DNA of 64,000 nt from the NCBI RefSeq assembly GCF_009914755.1, contig NC_060926.1; one strand, written 5' to 3'. The translations under genes were made by a program, and so were the position numbers. This DNA comes from the human T2T-CHM13v2.0 reference genome, Homo sapiens. Position 1 is the first letter of the stretch, and each line of letters opens with the position of its first letter. The notes under the pieces were generated by a model. That model searched no databases. It was given only the letters and a program-made list of their open reading frames with translations, and was not told where the DNA came from. This document shows, in pieces, positions 12,990-27,922 of this stretch.

Positions 12990-15900
12990 TGTGTACTTTA
13001 ATTTTTTTTATTTTTTCAATAAAGGGACAAAATGGGTGTATGAACAGGTTAATGCAGACAACTGCCAAAAAAACACAGACAGTGGTTTTTCCAATAGAAC
13101 TTAACAAAGACCAGAAACAAATACAATAAAAAGCCAGGTTGTAATGACCTTTGGTCATCTAAATAAAAAAAAAAATAAAAACAAAGAAAAATAAAAGATC
13201 AAATTAAGTGCCTCTGTTTTGAACAGGGCACATAAGCAATAATAAATAGTGACTCCCATAGTAAAAGATAAAATTTCAAGTTACGACAAACAGCTTTCAT
13301 TACAGGAATAGAAAAGGCCAATAACAAAATATTCTGCATTGCCATTTACAAAAAAGTATTGACTAAAGCGGGCTTTCTCTTTAATATGCTTTGCATATGA
13401 AATTCTTTCCAATCTAAATATAAAGCACCATTTAGTTTTTGGCAATGAAAAAAACTGCAAAACATTGGTTTTTTTTTTTTTTTCCTTTTTTTTTCTTTCT
13501 TTCTTTTACTGCATATGAAGGTAAGATGCTGGAATGTAGGGTGATAGAAGGAAAGGGACAAAAAGCACACTACATAACAAACCAACGTTATTAGCTTGCA
13601 GTACTGCATACAGTATGGCAGCAGGAAAAAGGAACAAAAAAGGATATGTACAACCCCTATGACAGCCATCCATGTGACATTCTAGCAGGCTCCCCCAAAC
13701 CGCCATTATATGGCTTCTCATCTGTAATGTCACACTTTTTTGTTTCTCTCTTTTTTTTTTTTTTGAAGCATACAAATAATTTGCACTATATTATCCTGCC
13801 AAATTAAAAAAATATACTGTGGCAGCCTGTCTTTTTTTTTTCCACTACCAAAAAAGGTACATTGATACCTTTTAAGAGAACAAGCAACAGTTAAAAATAC
13901 AAGCTTCAATATAAATACTATAGTGCCTAACACTAGATGAACATTTAATTCAAATACCATTCTAGAAATACAGAAAAAAGACCATAAATGTATTTTAGCA
14001 TAGGAATCAACATGAGTGTGCATTTTCCTATATTTAAGTACTATATAATCTTAAACCTTTCCCCAATGTATGTTTTTTTTTTTTACAACCTGAAGAGCGG
14101 TGTGTATCCAAGGCATAGAATTTCCACTACCATTTTTAAATGGATAACAAGTCTTGTAACACCACCAAGACAATGGAACCCTAAAATGCAGTTCCCCCCT
14201 AAACATAATGAAGTGTTTTTTAAAAAAAATTTTTCTTAACATTTATATTTAAAAAAGTTTTGTACAAAAAAATCCTTGCACTGTAGAAGCGAAAGCAATC
14301 ATTCATTTCTATGTTAAGTGTATTCTGTTTCCATTCACAGCGCTTGCAATGTTGCGTCCAAGTAAGTAAGCTCAATAGTCAAGTAAATGGCTGGCAAAGT
14401 TTTTTTTTTTTTAGTTTTTAAAAAATGCTCCTCAATGAGATTGTGTTCAATTTTTTTTCAGCATTCTTGCAACTTTTCCCTTAAGTATAGACCTGTAAAC
14501 TGGGAAAATTGTACAGTGCACTTAATTGTCCTATCTGAGCAGGTTTATTTTATACTCAACCTCTGTATCTCTGATTAGAGAAAAGATACAGATATCACAG
14601 GCAGAGTCAAGTGCTATTTGAACACCAACTGGGGCAGATGCTAGCTTAATAAAAAAGAAAAAATTAAAAAAATAAAAATAAAAACAATGAATCCTCTTCC
14701 ATGTTAACACAAATAGCACACAGTGTATGGAAAAGAAATGAAGTACAACTTTTAGGGAGCACAGACATATATACTGCTACTCTTAAAATTCTTTCTCTTC
14801 TTTTTTTAAGAATGTCACATTTAAATGCAAGTCTTAAGAATTCATAGTTAATCATCATTGTATCAATATTAGCTTATATACCTGTTCTAGTTTTAAATGG
14901 CAAATAGTACCACGTTGTGCTAATAAATCATATTATTTTCTTCTGTTCCCCTCTGTCAAACCTTATTGTCAGCCTCTTCCTTTCAATATGGTATACAAGG
15001 TCTTAAAGTTTATCATTTGATTGTCCACTTGACAACCAAGTAGATCTGGATCTATTTCTTTTGGTGCCAGTATTTTTAAAAAGACATTATTAAAGCAAAT
15101 ATCTTCATAAAATGAACTCCTTACTAGTGTATTTAATTGCGTTCCAGGGCTTTTGCACATTACACATTCAATTTAATCATTGTTTAAAAAAAATAAAACT
15201 TTGGGCAAAACAGCCCATTTCTTTTAAGCTCTCACCAGGAGCAAAGTAGCTTTTATACTGGTATAATCAGTTTTGTTTATAAAATTAAACTAAAGGAAAA
15301 ATGATGATTAACTAGGACATAATGGGTCATCTTTTTAGGTAGCCATTGTTGTGAGAAATACAATATAGAATTATATGCTAGTTCCTAAGGTTTATTACCT
15401 CACCCAATGCTGAATTAAGCTACAAGTTTATAACAAGTAGAAAGAACCATCGATGTGGTTTTAATAGATCCAAGGCACTCATATTTTAAAACCAAATGAT
15501 AGAATAAACTTGTTCTGTTTTTCTGTTAATTTGTCAATTCAAGGCCTTTTTTCTTCCTTTCCAATTGATACATTTAACCCTTTAGAGACAGACATTTAGC
15601 TCATAGAGATTTTTTTTCAGTGCTATCTATTCTGTCTATAGAGGGTTAATCCAAAGACTGTTTTTCCTCCTCACGTTATAAAATAAAACTGTACATGATA
15701 TGTATTACAGAATGTATGCAGCATGGTCTTTTTCTCTCTCTCTCTCTTTTTCTCTCAGAACGGAACTGGAAACAGCAACATGTTTGCTCAGCAACGAATT
15801 AGGGACAATTTAAAATAGCCATAACATACCATACATGCTGTCTAAGTTTAAAAAAAAACATACACAACATGTAAATTATTGCACAAGAGAAAGGCTCAAA

Positions 15901-16201
15901 GTTTGCGTAAAATGCAATAGTATTGCCCCATACAGATCATGCATTCAAACGGTGAGAACATAAAGGAAAAAAAAAAAAAAGGAAAAAGAAAAAAGAAAAA
16001 GAAAAAGAAAAAAAACAGGTGTGCTGGTGACAAGCACTCTCATATTCTTAGCTTCGTTACTTCTGTTTGTTTGTTTGTTTGTTTAAATCACATGGGACTA
16101 GAAAAAAATCCTACAGGGAGTGGGGCTGGAGGGCGATGGGGAAGGGGAGTGGTGAAAAAGGGGGTGTCAGGTGGGAGTGAGGGAGGGGTATTAATATACC
16201 T
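12990..16201 (-). other. BCL11A: BCL11A-XL 3'UTR (~3.2 kb, AU-rich, no interspersed repeats seen)
   Basis: Continues from the XL stop, has many U-tracts, and ends near AATAAA (13007-13012) and ATTAAA (12997-13002) on the minus strand. Confidence 0.8.
12997..13012 (-). terminator. Poly(A) signals for XL (AATAAA then ATTAAA)
   Basis: Plus strand tttatt at 13007-13012 and tttaat at 12997-13002. Confidence 0.75.
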
Positions 16202-18253
<2,052 letters not shown>

Positions 18254-21200
18254 TTAATCACTGAGGCGGGCATCAGCAATTGCTTATTTATGTTCCACCT
18301 CCAGCCTTCCCTGCCCCCACCCCTCAACCCCAAGGCCTAAGCCCTCACTGACCTACCCCCTGTGCCTGGCACGTCTGAGCATGGGTACCCAGTAAATATT
18401 GGTCCAATTGGTCTTCCTGCCATTAAACTCAGTTCTAGAAATTTTATATCCAATCCCCAAAGCAGAAAAATCCTGACCAGTTCTGGCTTGAGGATGAAGG
18501 TCCCTACATTCTAGGCACCTCAACAAATGTCTTCTAAACTTTCCAGTTCCATCAGCTGTAGTTTGGGGCAAGCCATCTCATCTCCATGTGCCTCTGTTTC
18601 CTCCTTGTTAAGTGAGAAACTTGGACAAGGTGACCCAAGGAAACTTTTTGGCTTCCTAAATCCCAGCTTTCTATTCCCCCCTGGGTGACAGGTGAACTTT
18701 CTAAATAGGCAAACATTTCATAGAGGTATCAAAAAAGGGGAAGAAGGTCAACTCACTACAATGTTCTATGGCCCTAAAGATGCTTTCAGCATTAGCCTGA
18801 AACACACTAATTGTTGATATTGTTAAAATGAGAGGGTACTCATAAAATACTTCCGTGGAAAAAAGACTAGCAACATTCTCACACCCCAGACTGTGGGAGG
18901 ATCAGTGAGTCCCAATTTTGGTTCCACAACACCCCATGGGGACGTCCATTTTTATCTCAAAGAATGTTTAAAAAATCTGAAAGAAAAACTTCATTCAGAT
19001 TTAACGGATAGGCTGTATCCAATCTTTAGGAGTTGTCCCCCGGTCAGACAAATGCAAGTCTGGAAAAGTTAGGAGGAGTGGCTGGTGCCGACTTAAGCAG
19101 ACACAGCATCCTAGTTTAAGGAACAGTTAAAACAGCCAGCGCCATGACAGGCAGCAGGCTGAGAAATGCTACACTATCCTCCTCCTCATTGTTTTGAGAG
19201 GCTAACAACGTGAACCAAATTATACAACATCCTGCGCCCTCGGCTGGGACTCAGCTCCAGTTGAGAAAGAAACAGAAAGATACAGTTCAGCTAGTCAACT
19301 CTGGCCAGTAGCCAAGCCGTCTGGAGAGGGGCCCTGCTTAAGTCACATTATTTCCCTTGCTGAAAAGAACCCAAGAGTGGTAAATGCCACTTTGGCAAAG
19401 AAGGGCCAGCTTGACTTCACAAAATATTTCATTTGGGGAGATGGCTAAATTAAATATATATGGGGAGATAGCTACATTAAATATATATATATATGGAATA
19501 ACTGACCAACAGTTTACTAGTCAACTGCAACATTAAAAAGGGCAGAAGTAATGGTAGCCAAAGGACGAGGATGAGAAAAACAAAACTTCCCAGAGATTCT
19601 GAAAAAAAAAGCCTTAAAATATAACTGAGAAATAACAAACTTTTCTCCTTCTTTTAAAAGAAGGGCTGCAAGAGTTCTTTAAGGCCACAGCTAGTATTTG
19701 TCAGTAACTTTCTAAGAAGGAAAAAAAAAAAAATCTACCAGGGAGGTTAAGAGTGAGAATGAGGAATTAATCAATTATATGATGCCTCCATTTAGCAAGT
19801 CAGAAAGAAAAGCCGGCAGGGTCTTCTCAGGAGCCCCCAAACACTGGTATTCCAAAATAAGCCAGCCTCGCTCAAGCACTTGTCTAAATAATGGACTCCT
19901 GCCCTGACCTTGTAATTTACTTTACAACGCATTTATAATCCCACTCAATATATCTCACTCCTGGGTAAATCTCTTAAACAAGATTAGATGGTAAGATACC
20001 AAAATTAGGTTTCAAACATTTGTCTAATGTGGAAGGGGGAAAAAAGGCAGAAAGATTTTGAAAGAAAACGCTGACATTAGTATCACATTATCTGCCTATT
20101 TTTGTTTGCCTCCTCTCTTCAAAGGGAAATAAAAAGCTTCATTGAGAACATTTTTATAAATTTTTTGTTGTTGTTGAACAATAACTTGGGTCCCAAATAG
20201 GCTGGAAAAAAAACTATCTGGTTCCAACTACATGATCCTCTGTGGCTTCCTCCTTGTCCTCCCTAGATCTCTGGGTGACTATCATTCCTATTTAGCCTGA
20301 CGATCTGAGTTGGGCAAGTAAAAAGATTTGTCTGATAATCCAAGTCCTTAACACGTTCATCACTCCAAATGCCTTAAAATTATATTTTACCTTATAAAAC
20401 ATCGATTGAAATCCAGGACTAGACTCATAATTAGTGGTGCTGGTTTCACATGTGCCATGAATTGTAGTCATTGATAAATGCCAAAATCTGTGGCATACAG
20501 CACTACATCAAGGATCTCATTTGTATCCTTTCAAAAAGGCTTAAATGAGAAAAGTCCATTTTATTTTGCTGCCCTGAGCATCCTAAACTTTTTTTCAGAG
20601 CCAGTTATGTGATCATGCTACAGTATGTTAACACTGTGATGTTATCCTCCCCTCTCTCTCATACATCAGGTCAGAGAAAATGGCATTTTATCTTATAATG
20701 AGCATACAACATACAGTTTTCACTATCGCATTTTAGTATTCCCATCAACTAGATATTCTAGATCATGAGGGCAGCTAGTGTAATCATAATGTCAATGAGA
20801 AGGGCTGTTACGATTGAGACTAAAGATTACATGGAGAGAGCTGCTTTGAAACTGGTAATTATTACCAGTCCACTAATAGCAAATGATGCATTACAATTTC
20901 ACCATATAATCTGTATTTCACTCAGCTCATGCCGGTGTACCATATTATATTACAGTGCTCACAGATTCTAAATTCCTAAACTGCAGTCATCAATAAATGT
21001 GTTACTTGCCATAATTTGTGAAATTACTTTGTTCATAACATCTTTGATGATTTAGAAAGACTGGAATTGATTTCCTGTGTGGCAAAATTAGGGCTACATT
21101 GATTTATTGATGTGTAAAATATAATAATATTCTTCATTTACTCTGATGAAAATCAACTTCTCAATTTGAGAGCCTCATTGGGCATTTACGGGGATTGTTT

Positions 21201-21399
21201 TGATTTAGAGCAATAAACTGACACCTGGCCCCTAAGCATAGGAACTTGAGACATCAAAAGGGTTAAAATCAGCTATTAGCCCACCTACTGGCTTTTATTT
21301 TATTTCATTTTACTTTATGGGAAGGAATGACCCCCATTTCTAGTATGTCACCAATGTGAAAAAGTCATGTGATCTAAGCCTCAAGATTCAGAAGAACAA

Positions 21400-21610
21400 G
21401 GAGGTCTGAGACTGGAGGCCTAGCTCTATTATCCACTAGATTGTAACTCTGGGATAGTCATTTGATTTCTCTGAGTCTTGGAATTCCTATCTGTAAAATG
21501 AGCATAAAAACAGTACCTGTAAGAATTGTTGGGAAGTTCAAATGACAGAAGTATATAAAAGCCCTCTGTAAACTATCAGGTCGAATGTGAATGTGAGTTT
21601 TCATTACTAC
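21400..21610 (+). mobile_element. MIR fragment
   Basis: gtcatttgatttctctgagtcttggaattcctatctgtaaaatgag core. Confidence 0.7.
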
Positions 21611-22848
21611 CAGGGGTGATTAATTACTGAGGGTAATGACTAACCACATTACACACCCCGAACGGCTTCCAGAGGAAGGTCCCAGTCCAGGCCTTAACCC
21701 AGGCCAAAAGGAGGCTCTAGTTAAAGAGCAGGGGTGACTGGCACACAGCAGAGTGGCCACAGGGAAGTGCTATGAGCTCTGGAAGCCAGGGGCAGCAGGT
21801 TAATGCCGCCAAGTGGAATGGGCATCAGGTTTGTTCTAGAGCTTTCTGGACCCCCACAACCCACTTCCACATACCTTGTTCTGGTCACTCCTAAATTGGT
21901 CCTGCCAGCAGGGGCACCAGCAAACTATGTACCCTCCCTTTGTGGGAAGGTGGGAGAGGACAGGGGTTCCCTATCAAGCTCAGACCAGTCAAATCAAACT
22001 CCCAGCCCTCAGGAAGACCAGGCTGAAGACCGAGAACTATGTTTCCCTGGCAACAGCCCTTGGCCTCTCAACTCCACCCTCCTCTGAACTGCTCAACTCC
22101 CTTCTATCCCTTCCCTCCAAAAGTGGCTCCGTTTCCACAGCCCCATGCAGGCCCCAGATGCCCCCAGCAACAGGAGAGCTCTCCCCACCCAGCCAGCATG
22201 CAGGGACTAGAAACCGTGAGCCCAACCTCCTAAACCTTCTGCAATCTGTGACCTAACCCAGGCTTAGGCCCAGCTTGGGGGAAGGGAGCAGATGAGGTGC
22301 TTTTAACCCCTGAACCACCCAGCCCTCAGGACCTGAGGGCTTATGAAATTCACACAATAACTCTTTGTTACCTAGGATTACCTAGGAGTTAACAAAAATA
22401 AACAACTGGCTTTGAATCTGGTCTCAGGGTGCATGCCCTGCTCTTCAGATACCATTTACAAGATGGGTAAGTGTCATCTCCCTCCCATCTAAAAACAGTC
22501 CCCCTTAGAGCCTTAACTCTGGCATCTTGCTCTTTGTTATTCTCTCTCCATGACCTTTTTCCTTTTCTTTTTTTTTCTTTCCACAGCAGGTTATTTTTCA
22601 TTTACTTTCAAATAAAAATTAGATGTCACACTTCTTTTCTTCTTGAACCTGCTTTTTTGTGTTTAGGGTGGAATCACTGCCCACCCCCTAACCTTTTAGC
22701 CATGCATGATTCATACCATGTGTTCCTACACAGAGAAGCAAACTGTATTATTTTCTAAAACAGTATCTTTCAGAAAACATTTGTATAAATGGACAAATTT
22801 AAGTTTCATAAAATGGTCCCTACTATAAAAGCTCACTTGAACAAGTAA

Positions 22849-24126
22849 ATGGTGGTGGCAGTGGTGGTGGTGGTGGTGGTGGTGATGATGGTGGTGGTAG
22901 TGGTGGTGGTGGTGGTGATGGTGGTGTTGGTGGTGATGGTGGTGGTGGTGGTGGTGATGGTGGTGGTGGTGGTGGTGATGGTGGTGGTGATGGCGGTGAT
23001 GGTACTGGTGATGGTGGTGGTGGTAGTGATGGTGGTGGTAATGGTGGTGGTGGTGATGGTGGTGGTGGTAGTGATGGTGGTGGTAATGGTGGTGGTGGTG
23101 ATGGTGGTGATGATGGTGATGGTACTGGTGGTGATGGTGATGGTGGTGGTGGTGGTGATGGTGGTGATGGTACTGGTGGTGATGGTACTGGTGGTGATGG
23201 TGGTGGTGGTGATGGTGATGGTGGTGGTGGTGGTGATGCTACTGGTGGTGATGGTACTGGTGGTGATGGTGGTGGTGGTAGTGATGGTGGTGGTAATGGT
23301 GGTGGTGGTGGTGGTGGTGGTGGTAGTGATGGTGGTGGTGGTGATGGTGGTGGAGATGGTGGTGTTGATGGTGATGGTACTGGTGGTGATGGTGATGGTG
23401 GTGGTGGTGGTGATGCTACTGGTGGTGATGGTACTGGTGGTGATGGTGGTGGTGGTAGTGATGGTGGTGGTAATGGTGGTGGTGGTGGTGGTGGTGGTGG
23501 TAGTGATGGTGGTGGTGGTGATGGTACTGGTGGTGATGGTGGTGGTGGTAGTGATGGTGGTGGTAATGGTGGTGGTGGAGATGGTGGTGTTGATGGTGAT
23601 GGTACTGGTGGTGATGGTACTGGTGGTGATGGTGATGGTGGTGGTGGTGGTGATGCTACTGGTGGTGATGGTACTGGTGGTGATGGTGGTGGTGGTAGTG
23701 ATGGTGGTGGTAATGGTGGTGGTGGTGGTGGTGGTGGTGGTAGTGATGGTGGTGGTGGTAGTGATGGTGGTGGTAATGGTGGTGGTGGTGGTGGTGGTGG
23801 TAGTGATGGTGGTGGTGGTGATGGTACTGGTGGTGATGGTGGTGGTGGTAGTGATGGTGGTGGTAATGGTGGTGGTGGTGATGGTGGTGGTGGTGGTAGT
23901 GATGGTGCTGGTGGTCATGGTACTTTGTGGTGATGGTGATGGTGGTGGTGATGGTGGTGGTGGTGGTGGTGGTGGTAGTGATAATGGTGGTGGTGGTGGT
24001 GATGGTGGTGATGGTACTGGTGGTGATGGTGGTGGTGGTAGTGATGGTGGTGGTTGTGGTGGTGGTGGTGATGGTGGCAGTGGTGGTTGTGGTGGTGGTG
24101 GTGATGGTGGTGGTGGTGGTGGTGAT
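22849..24126. repeat. Imperfect (GGT/GAT)n trinucleotide VNTR, ~1.28 kb, in intron 3
   Basis: Continuous GTG/ATG/GTA/CTG triplets with internal higher-order duplications. Confidence 0.97.
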
Positions 24127-24615
24127 AGTAGAGCCTTCACATTTTAACTACAATGATGTGCATTTTTCTCTAAAACCAGGAGAAAAATTAGTCAAAATTA
24201 TGTGTGGGCATGAATATACAACATATACTATGTTCAAATACACATGTAAATACATAAGGAATATGCATTGGAATAACTCTGGAATAACCCTAAACTGACT
24301 CCTTTTGATTCTGGCCTTGGCTAAAGATGTGTGCCATGGACTATACCCAAAGTCCTAAATGAGGCCACAGGAGTGAATGTCCAGTAATAAAATGGGCTCC
24401 AGAGGCACAGGCATCTTCAATCACTAGCCACGGAGCAAGACAAGACCCTGGGGAGAAGACCCACAGGGATGAGCTACTATCAGCTCCCAGCCTCCAGTGA
24501 GGAAAGAAAAAGGGGAGGGAAGAAGTCCCTCTGGGGCTGAGTGGAGTGGGGAGCGGCTGCCAAGTGAGTAATGGAATAATACATATGACAATCTATTTTG
24601 GAAGTAACTCCTTCA

Positions 24616-24819
<204 letters not shown>

Positions 24820-26829
24820 TCAAGCACTACAGCTACAAACAACGTGCATCATAAACCACAGGATATCACATTTCAATTCCATTAAAATAGATTACAACAT
24901 CATTACAACAGCCTTGCAGATAGTTAACAGGCCCAAGGCCTGAAACAAAAGAAGAGTGGTGAGTTATTTCCCAGAGTTTCTGTTTTGTTTTCAATTTCGG
25001 TCTTTTTGACAAAAGTGAAAGGGTTTGTTTTAGGAAAGGGGAGAGGTGGTCTTTGGTTCATTTGCTTATTTATTTGTTGTTGTTTGATTATTGTCTTGTG
25101 GAAAGAAGATGTGTAAGCAGCAAGGGGAAAACTGGTAATATTGTGGGTAGCCTGGAAACATGGGGGGATTTTATCTGCAAGGCTGGTTTACATGCATACA
25201 TTAACTTTACTTTATAGACAAACCCAAGCAAAAAGCAAAATGCTGATAGGAAATGAGTAGATTTGTGAATCGTTTTTTATGGGACAGAGTCCCACTTTGC
25301 TTTCTCTGTCCCTCTGCCCCCCTCTTCCCATGCTATATTTATGATAGCGCCTTCAGTGATAGGGGAAACCTGGGCATTTCTGGACTGAGCTGGGCCATAC
25401 TCTAGAATCCTGTCAACTGGAAACCTTACACAGATGTGGCTTCTCACAATACAAAGCAATGGAAGATAAAGATTAGACTTCTGGGGTCCAAATAACTTTG
25501 ACCATTAAATGACAAGGAAAGAACCAGCATTCCAATAATGCCAGCACCCAGAAACCCTGACCCATCTTCACCATTTTACTGCACTTTGTTGTACTCTGGT
25601 GAAGACAAGTGACTTCTCACACTAATAAAATGAATCTAATAGTCAATGAAACATTTGTAGCACTGAGATTTTTTTGAGAAGAGGAAAATTTGGTTTGTGC
25701 AATCTGGGGATTTTACGGTTTATGTGGTAAGTGCCTAGCTTTTCCAAGTCCTCCTCTAGCTAACTAACCATGTAGCTGTCCATCTTGAGACAGACTGGAG
25801 GATAGATGGTGCAGGAGACGCTCTGTGTGTTCTAGAGGTTTGGAGTTCATGATGATTGGGGAGGGCGGGAGACAAGAAAAACAGACTTTGATGGTGAACA
25901 AACAGTATGTTTTCCATTAGCTTAATATTAAGAGCACTTAGAAGTGTTGTTGTTGTACTCTAGGATAGCAGGTCTCAAGTGTAAAATACATCCTGTTCTC
26001 CTTATATAGAGCACACTGCCAAGCACAGCCAAGGCAGTTGGGACAAGATTTCCTTTCGCAAGGAGCCTGGTGGGTAACGATGGTGTGCTGCTGAGAAGGC
26101 TCTTACACAGACAGCATAGGTCTGCTGTTACCAGGCCTGCAGAGGGAAGCCCTGGTGGAAGCACCACCTAGCCTGAGAACATCTACAGAGACATTTCATC
26201 CTCTCTGACCCAAAACAAAATAAACACCACAAAGTGAACCAACACAAGCAGGAAGACCGGACTTAACAAACAAGTATGTCTACATTTGACTGTTTATGTC
26301 AAGTGAATTGAGAGTGTGGCGTAAAATTACTACAGATTTTGTCATGGTATTTTTCAATGAGAAATCTGAGAATCCATCTTTGCACTTGTTTTTGCCTCAG
26401 CCGTTCACTAAGTTTGCTGCCAAAACAGACATCCTTTTCTTAGGAAACACAGGCAACCCAGGTATCTCTGTGATCCCAGCATAAAAGCAACAGGTACTTG
26501 GATCCTTGTATGGGGAGTATCAAATTTCAAATTCTCTGCCACTTACTCTGGGAAGAGACCCTGAAGTGCTTCAGCAGGCCTCCAGCAAGAAATGGGAGAA
26601 CTGCTAACCTAATCCATGCCTAGCCCCTCGCATGAATCTCTTGTTGGCAAACTTGTCTACAAACCCATTAGCCCTAAACAAGCTGACGGCAGGACCAGAT
26701 CTCTACAGTGTCTGGCCGTGTGGCAAAGTGAGGTCTCATCTGACTATCTGGCAGCATAGTTTGTTTTTGTTTTTGTTTTTGTTTTTGTTTTCTAAGTTGT
26801 AAAAAACCCTAGCTATCATCAAGTCTGTC

Positions 26830-26955
26830 CCTTCATTTTACAGATGGGGAAACTGAGGCCATGAGAAATTAAGTGACTTGCCCATGGCTACACTGATGAT
26901 TAACCACAATGTGAAGATTAGAATTAATCTCCTGACTCCTGATCCAGTGGTCTTT
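26830..26955 (-). mobile_element. MIR fragment
   Basis: cattttacagatggggaaactgaggc...ttaagtgacttgccca. Confidence 0.8.
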
Positions 26956-27733
26956 CCTGGGAATTTGTCTCTTCCCCCCTGCTGCTCCTGCCGTGGTCTT
27001 CACTGCCCAACAAGAAGGTCCTGTTTCTACTGATCCATTAAGCAGTACTTAACCGTCTTGGGGGAGGGTCCAGCCCAGCAGCGCTACATGGGGCTTTCGA
27101 AAGGTGCCAATGAACTGACTTGGTCTCACAATTGGAAAACAAGGCCTGCTCTGCTGCCTGGGCCTCCTGGCCTCACCTTTGCTGTGTTCACCCTCTACCT
27201 CTGCTTCCCCTGCAGAATTAGACAGCTACAAACATTTCTATCAGCCTAAGAAGCTATTTACTTTAGAAAAAAAGCACACTGTCTTTGTGAGATTCACCCT
27301 TGCATTTATCTTCCTTCAGGAAGAGGGTCAAAGCAAAGCCAACTGGGGACCCCAGCTGATTCTGCTGCTTCTTCCACTAAACACATCCATAATATTCTCT
27401 TTGGTAAGTAAAATCGACATTCCCACATGAACTGGAAATGCTAAATTGTTAATAGCCTCCCTAGGGCTTAACTTCTTGCTATGATGCCTTCAATTATTTC
27501 ATCACGGCTTAGGCAAAGTAAAGTATCACAATTAATGCTTCTGAGCGTCAAACTCGAGGAGCAGCTCTGCCTTCCCAGGCCAAGGTGGGGAAAAGGAGCT
27601 GCCCCTGGTTGAGGGCCTCTTCTTTTCCCACCTTCGCTTTCATTCTCCCCAGCCAGAGATGGGCTCTGGTTGCTGGCTAGGAAGTGGGTGATCTAGTTAT
27701 GTCCTCTTTTTTTCTTTGTTAGTGCTCTTAGGC

Positions 27734-27922
27734 AAGTGATTCTCACAGCGCAGACCCAGGCCCACCCCCGATCAGCATCACCTGGGAGTTTGTTCAAAAT
27801 GCAAATTCTTGGGCACCACCTCAGACTTACTGAATCAGAAATTGAGGGTGGGGAAGCAGCCTTCTATGTTGAATAAATTCTCCAGGTGATTCTCATGCAC
27901 ACTCAAGCTGAATCAGCACTGC
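27734..27922. mobile_element. MER5A-like hAT DNA transposon relic
   Basis: cagcatcacctgggagtttgttcaaaatgcaaattcttggg...actgaatcagaa...ccaggtgattctcatgcacactcaag. Confidence 0.8.

Noticed and set aside
22833-24298. 435-aa mucin-like poly-Thr ORF and 432-aa poly-Val ORF as genes
   Set aside because: They arise from a stop-free triplet repeat; the minus ORF starts at GTG, with no signal peptide or splice support. Kept only as a VNTR finding.
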